Positions 62,684 to 64,000 of a DNA stretch of 64,000 nt are shown here, piece after piece (position 1 is the stretch's first letter; each line of letters starts with the position of its first letter). Under the pieces are notes generated by a model, which saw only the letters and a program-made list of their open reading frames with translations, was not told the DNA's origin and searched no databases. The position numbers and the translations under genes are program-made. This DNA is from Octopus sinensis (taxonomy: Eukaryota), in the NCBI RefSeq assembly GCF_006345805.1, contig NC_043015.1:16554001-16618000 (forward strand), in the 5' to 3' direction.

Positions 62684-63039
62684 ACAACACCAACGATTAG
62701 CCAGAGATGATTTTTAAAATGAGAATATCTAAAATAAACTCGACTGCTCTCACAAACGAGAATACTAAAAATGAACCCGACCGCTCTCAAAAATTAAGTA
62801 AAAACAAAACCAGAAAAATAATCCAGAATCCTTGTCCGGTACCTGATCGATCCCCAACGGTAGCCATGAAATGTGAAAGTGGGTGTGCGGACCGTGTTTG
62901 TAATGCTGTATCTGTCATCTGGGTAATGAAAATGTTTGCATAACTTGAGTGCACACATGTCGATAAGTCTTGGGGAATCACTATGTAAAAATTTTGGAAA
63001 CACTGGTTGAAATGCAACAAGAACTTCGGGAGAAAAGCA

Positions 63040-64000
63040 TAATTGAACATAATCATAATTGTAAATGAAATGCATACTGTATCGTGGTTGGAAAAATATG
63101 TATCTATAACATCTGCTAATACACATTCTGTTCTGTTGACATACACGTGGTCCGACAAAGTACCATAGTCTGTGATGGGTATCCGCACATGCTGGGTAAA
63201 GCCAAATTCCTCCATGATGGTCAAGATTTGGTGATGAGAGGAGTTAATGAGATCAACGTTAAAATTCCCAATGATAACGATTATGACATCTCTCGGTATG
63301 GATTGCATGAGGATTTATAGCCTGGAAATGAATATTGCTGTAGTCAAAGATAGTGGTCTGTAGAAAGTAATAATGATAAAATTTTTTTGCGTATTTCGTG
63401 ACCGCGACAGCTGTGTATTCCAGTTGATTGGCTCCCAGGTTCAGCTGCGCTACGGTGAAGTATCTTTTCTTGCAATCGTCATGATATCACTTTCTCGCCC
63501 TGTTATGACAGGCTTGTCTGCTCTGAAGGTGTTAGACAGATGCAGGATGGACTCAACCTGTTGCCGTTGCTTCAAGAATGTCTTCACAAAACAGAAGTCA
63601 TCTACTTGAAGGATTCTCTCATTTGTTTTAAGGTCGTCCTGGTGTTCCAAATAAGATCGAATGTTCGAGGAAGCATCAGTAGTAGTTGGTACAGCATTTA
63701 GTTTGGTGTTTGATTCAGATTCTTGACGGAGCCGGTTCATTTCTTTAACTACAGATAGGTTAACACGGATGTTGCTTGCATCAAATCCTAGGAGAAATAG
63801 ACCATTCAGAGATTTGACCCTGCTGCGAGCAACATATGCCCAACCCGGCATGAATGTTCTCTTTCCTTCCATAGAGACAACAATCTTATCCTGAGTCTTC
63901 CCTTAGACTTTATGAATTGTGCAGCCCCAAGCCAGTGAGAGTGGGAATTGAACTCGTTTTGTTTTAACTAATTGTCTGCCCCTTCCAGTAAAGAACTGTA
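63040..64000 (-). pseudogene. Helentron (Helitron2) RepHel C-terminus: PIF1-like helicase + APE endonuclease; runs off the window
   Basis: RVQFPLSLAWGCTIHKV*GKTQDKIVV...GWAYVARSRVKSLNGL followed by NIRS, IYRP, IIGNFNVDL, DHVY and SNHD motifs. Confidence 0.9.

Overview
AT-rich animal genomic DNA. The SINE/LINE repertoire and very dense (TA)n/(CA)n/(TATG)n microsatellites point to an octopus or other coleoid cephalopod (inference). There is no long intact host ORF. One well-supported minus-strand exon (4749-4932) and one weaker exon suggest that about 1-46 kb is intronic. The window is dominated by mobile DNA: a near-intact DD34E Tc1, two mariners (one interrupted by a solo LTR), hAT/piggyBac/TcMar MITEs, RTE-, RLE- and CR1/Jockey-type LINE relics, tRNA-derived SINEs, a head-to-tail Helitron dimer, a Helitron carrying a helicase fragment, and a Helentron (helicase + APE endonuclease) at the right edge. 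Two things stand out. (1) There is a cluster of Penelope-like elements and non-coding retrozyme-like repeats carrying type-I hammerhead ribozymes; at least four have complete catalytic cores (23394-23468 +, 27370-27432 -, 27851-27953 -, 33653-33691 +), and there is also a double-hammerhead palindrome. (2) At 57.7-62.7 kb lies a head-to-tail array of three diverged gag/ORF1-only elements (RRM-like region + CCHC knuckle, no RT), two of them bounded by exact 12-bp direct repeats. All alignments and folds were done by eye, so coordinates of degenerate repeats are approximate.
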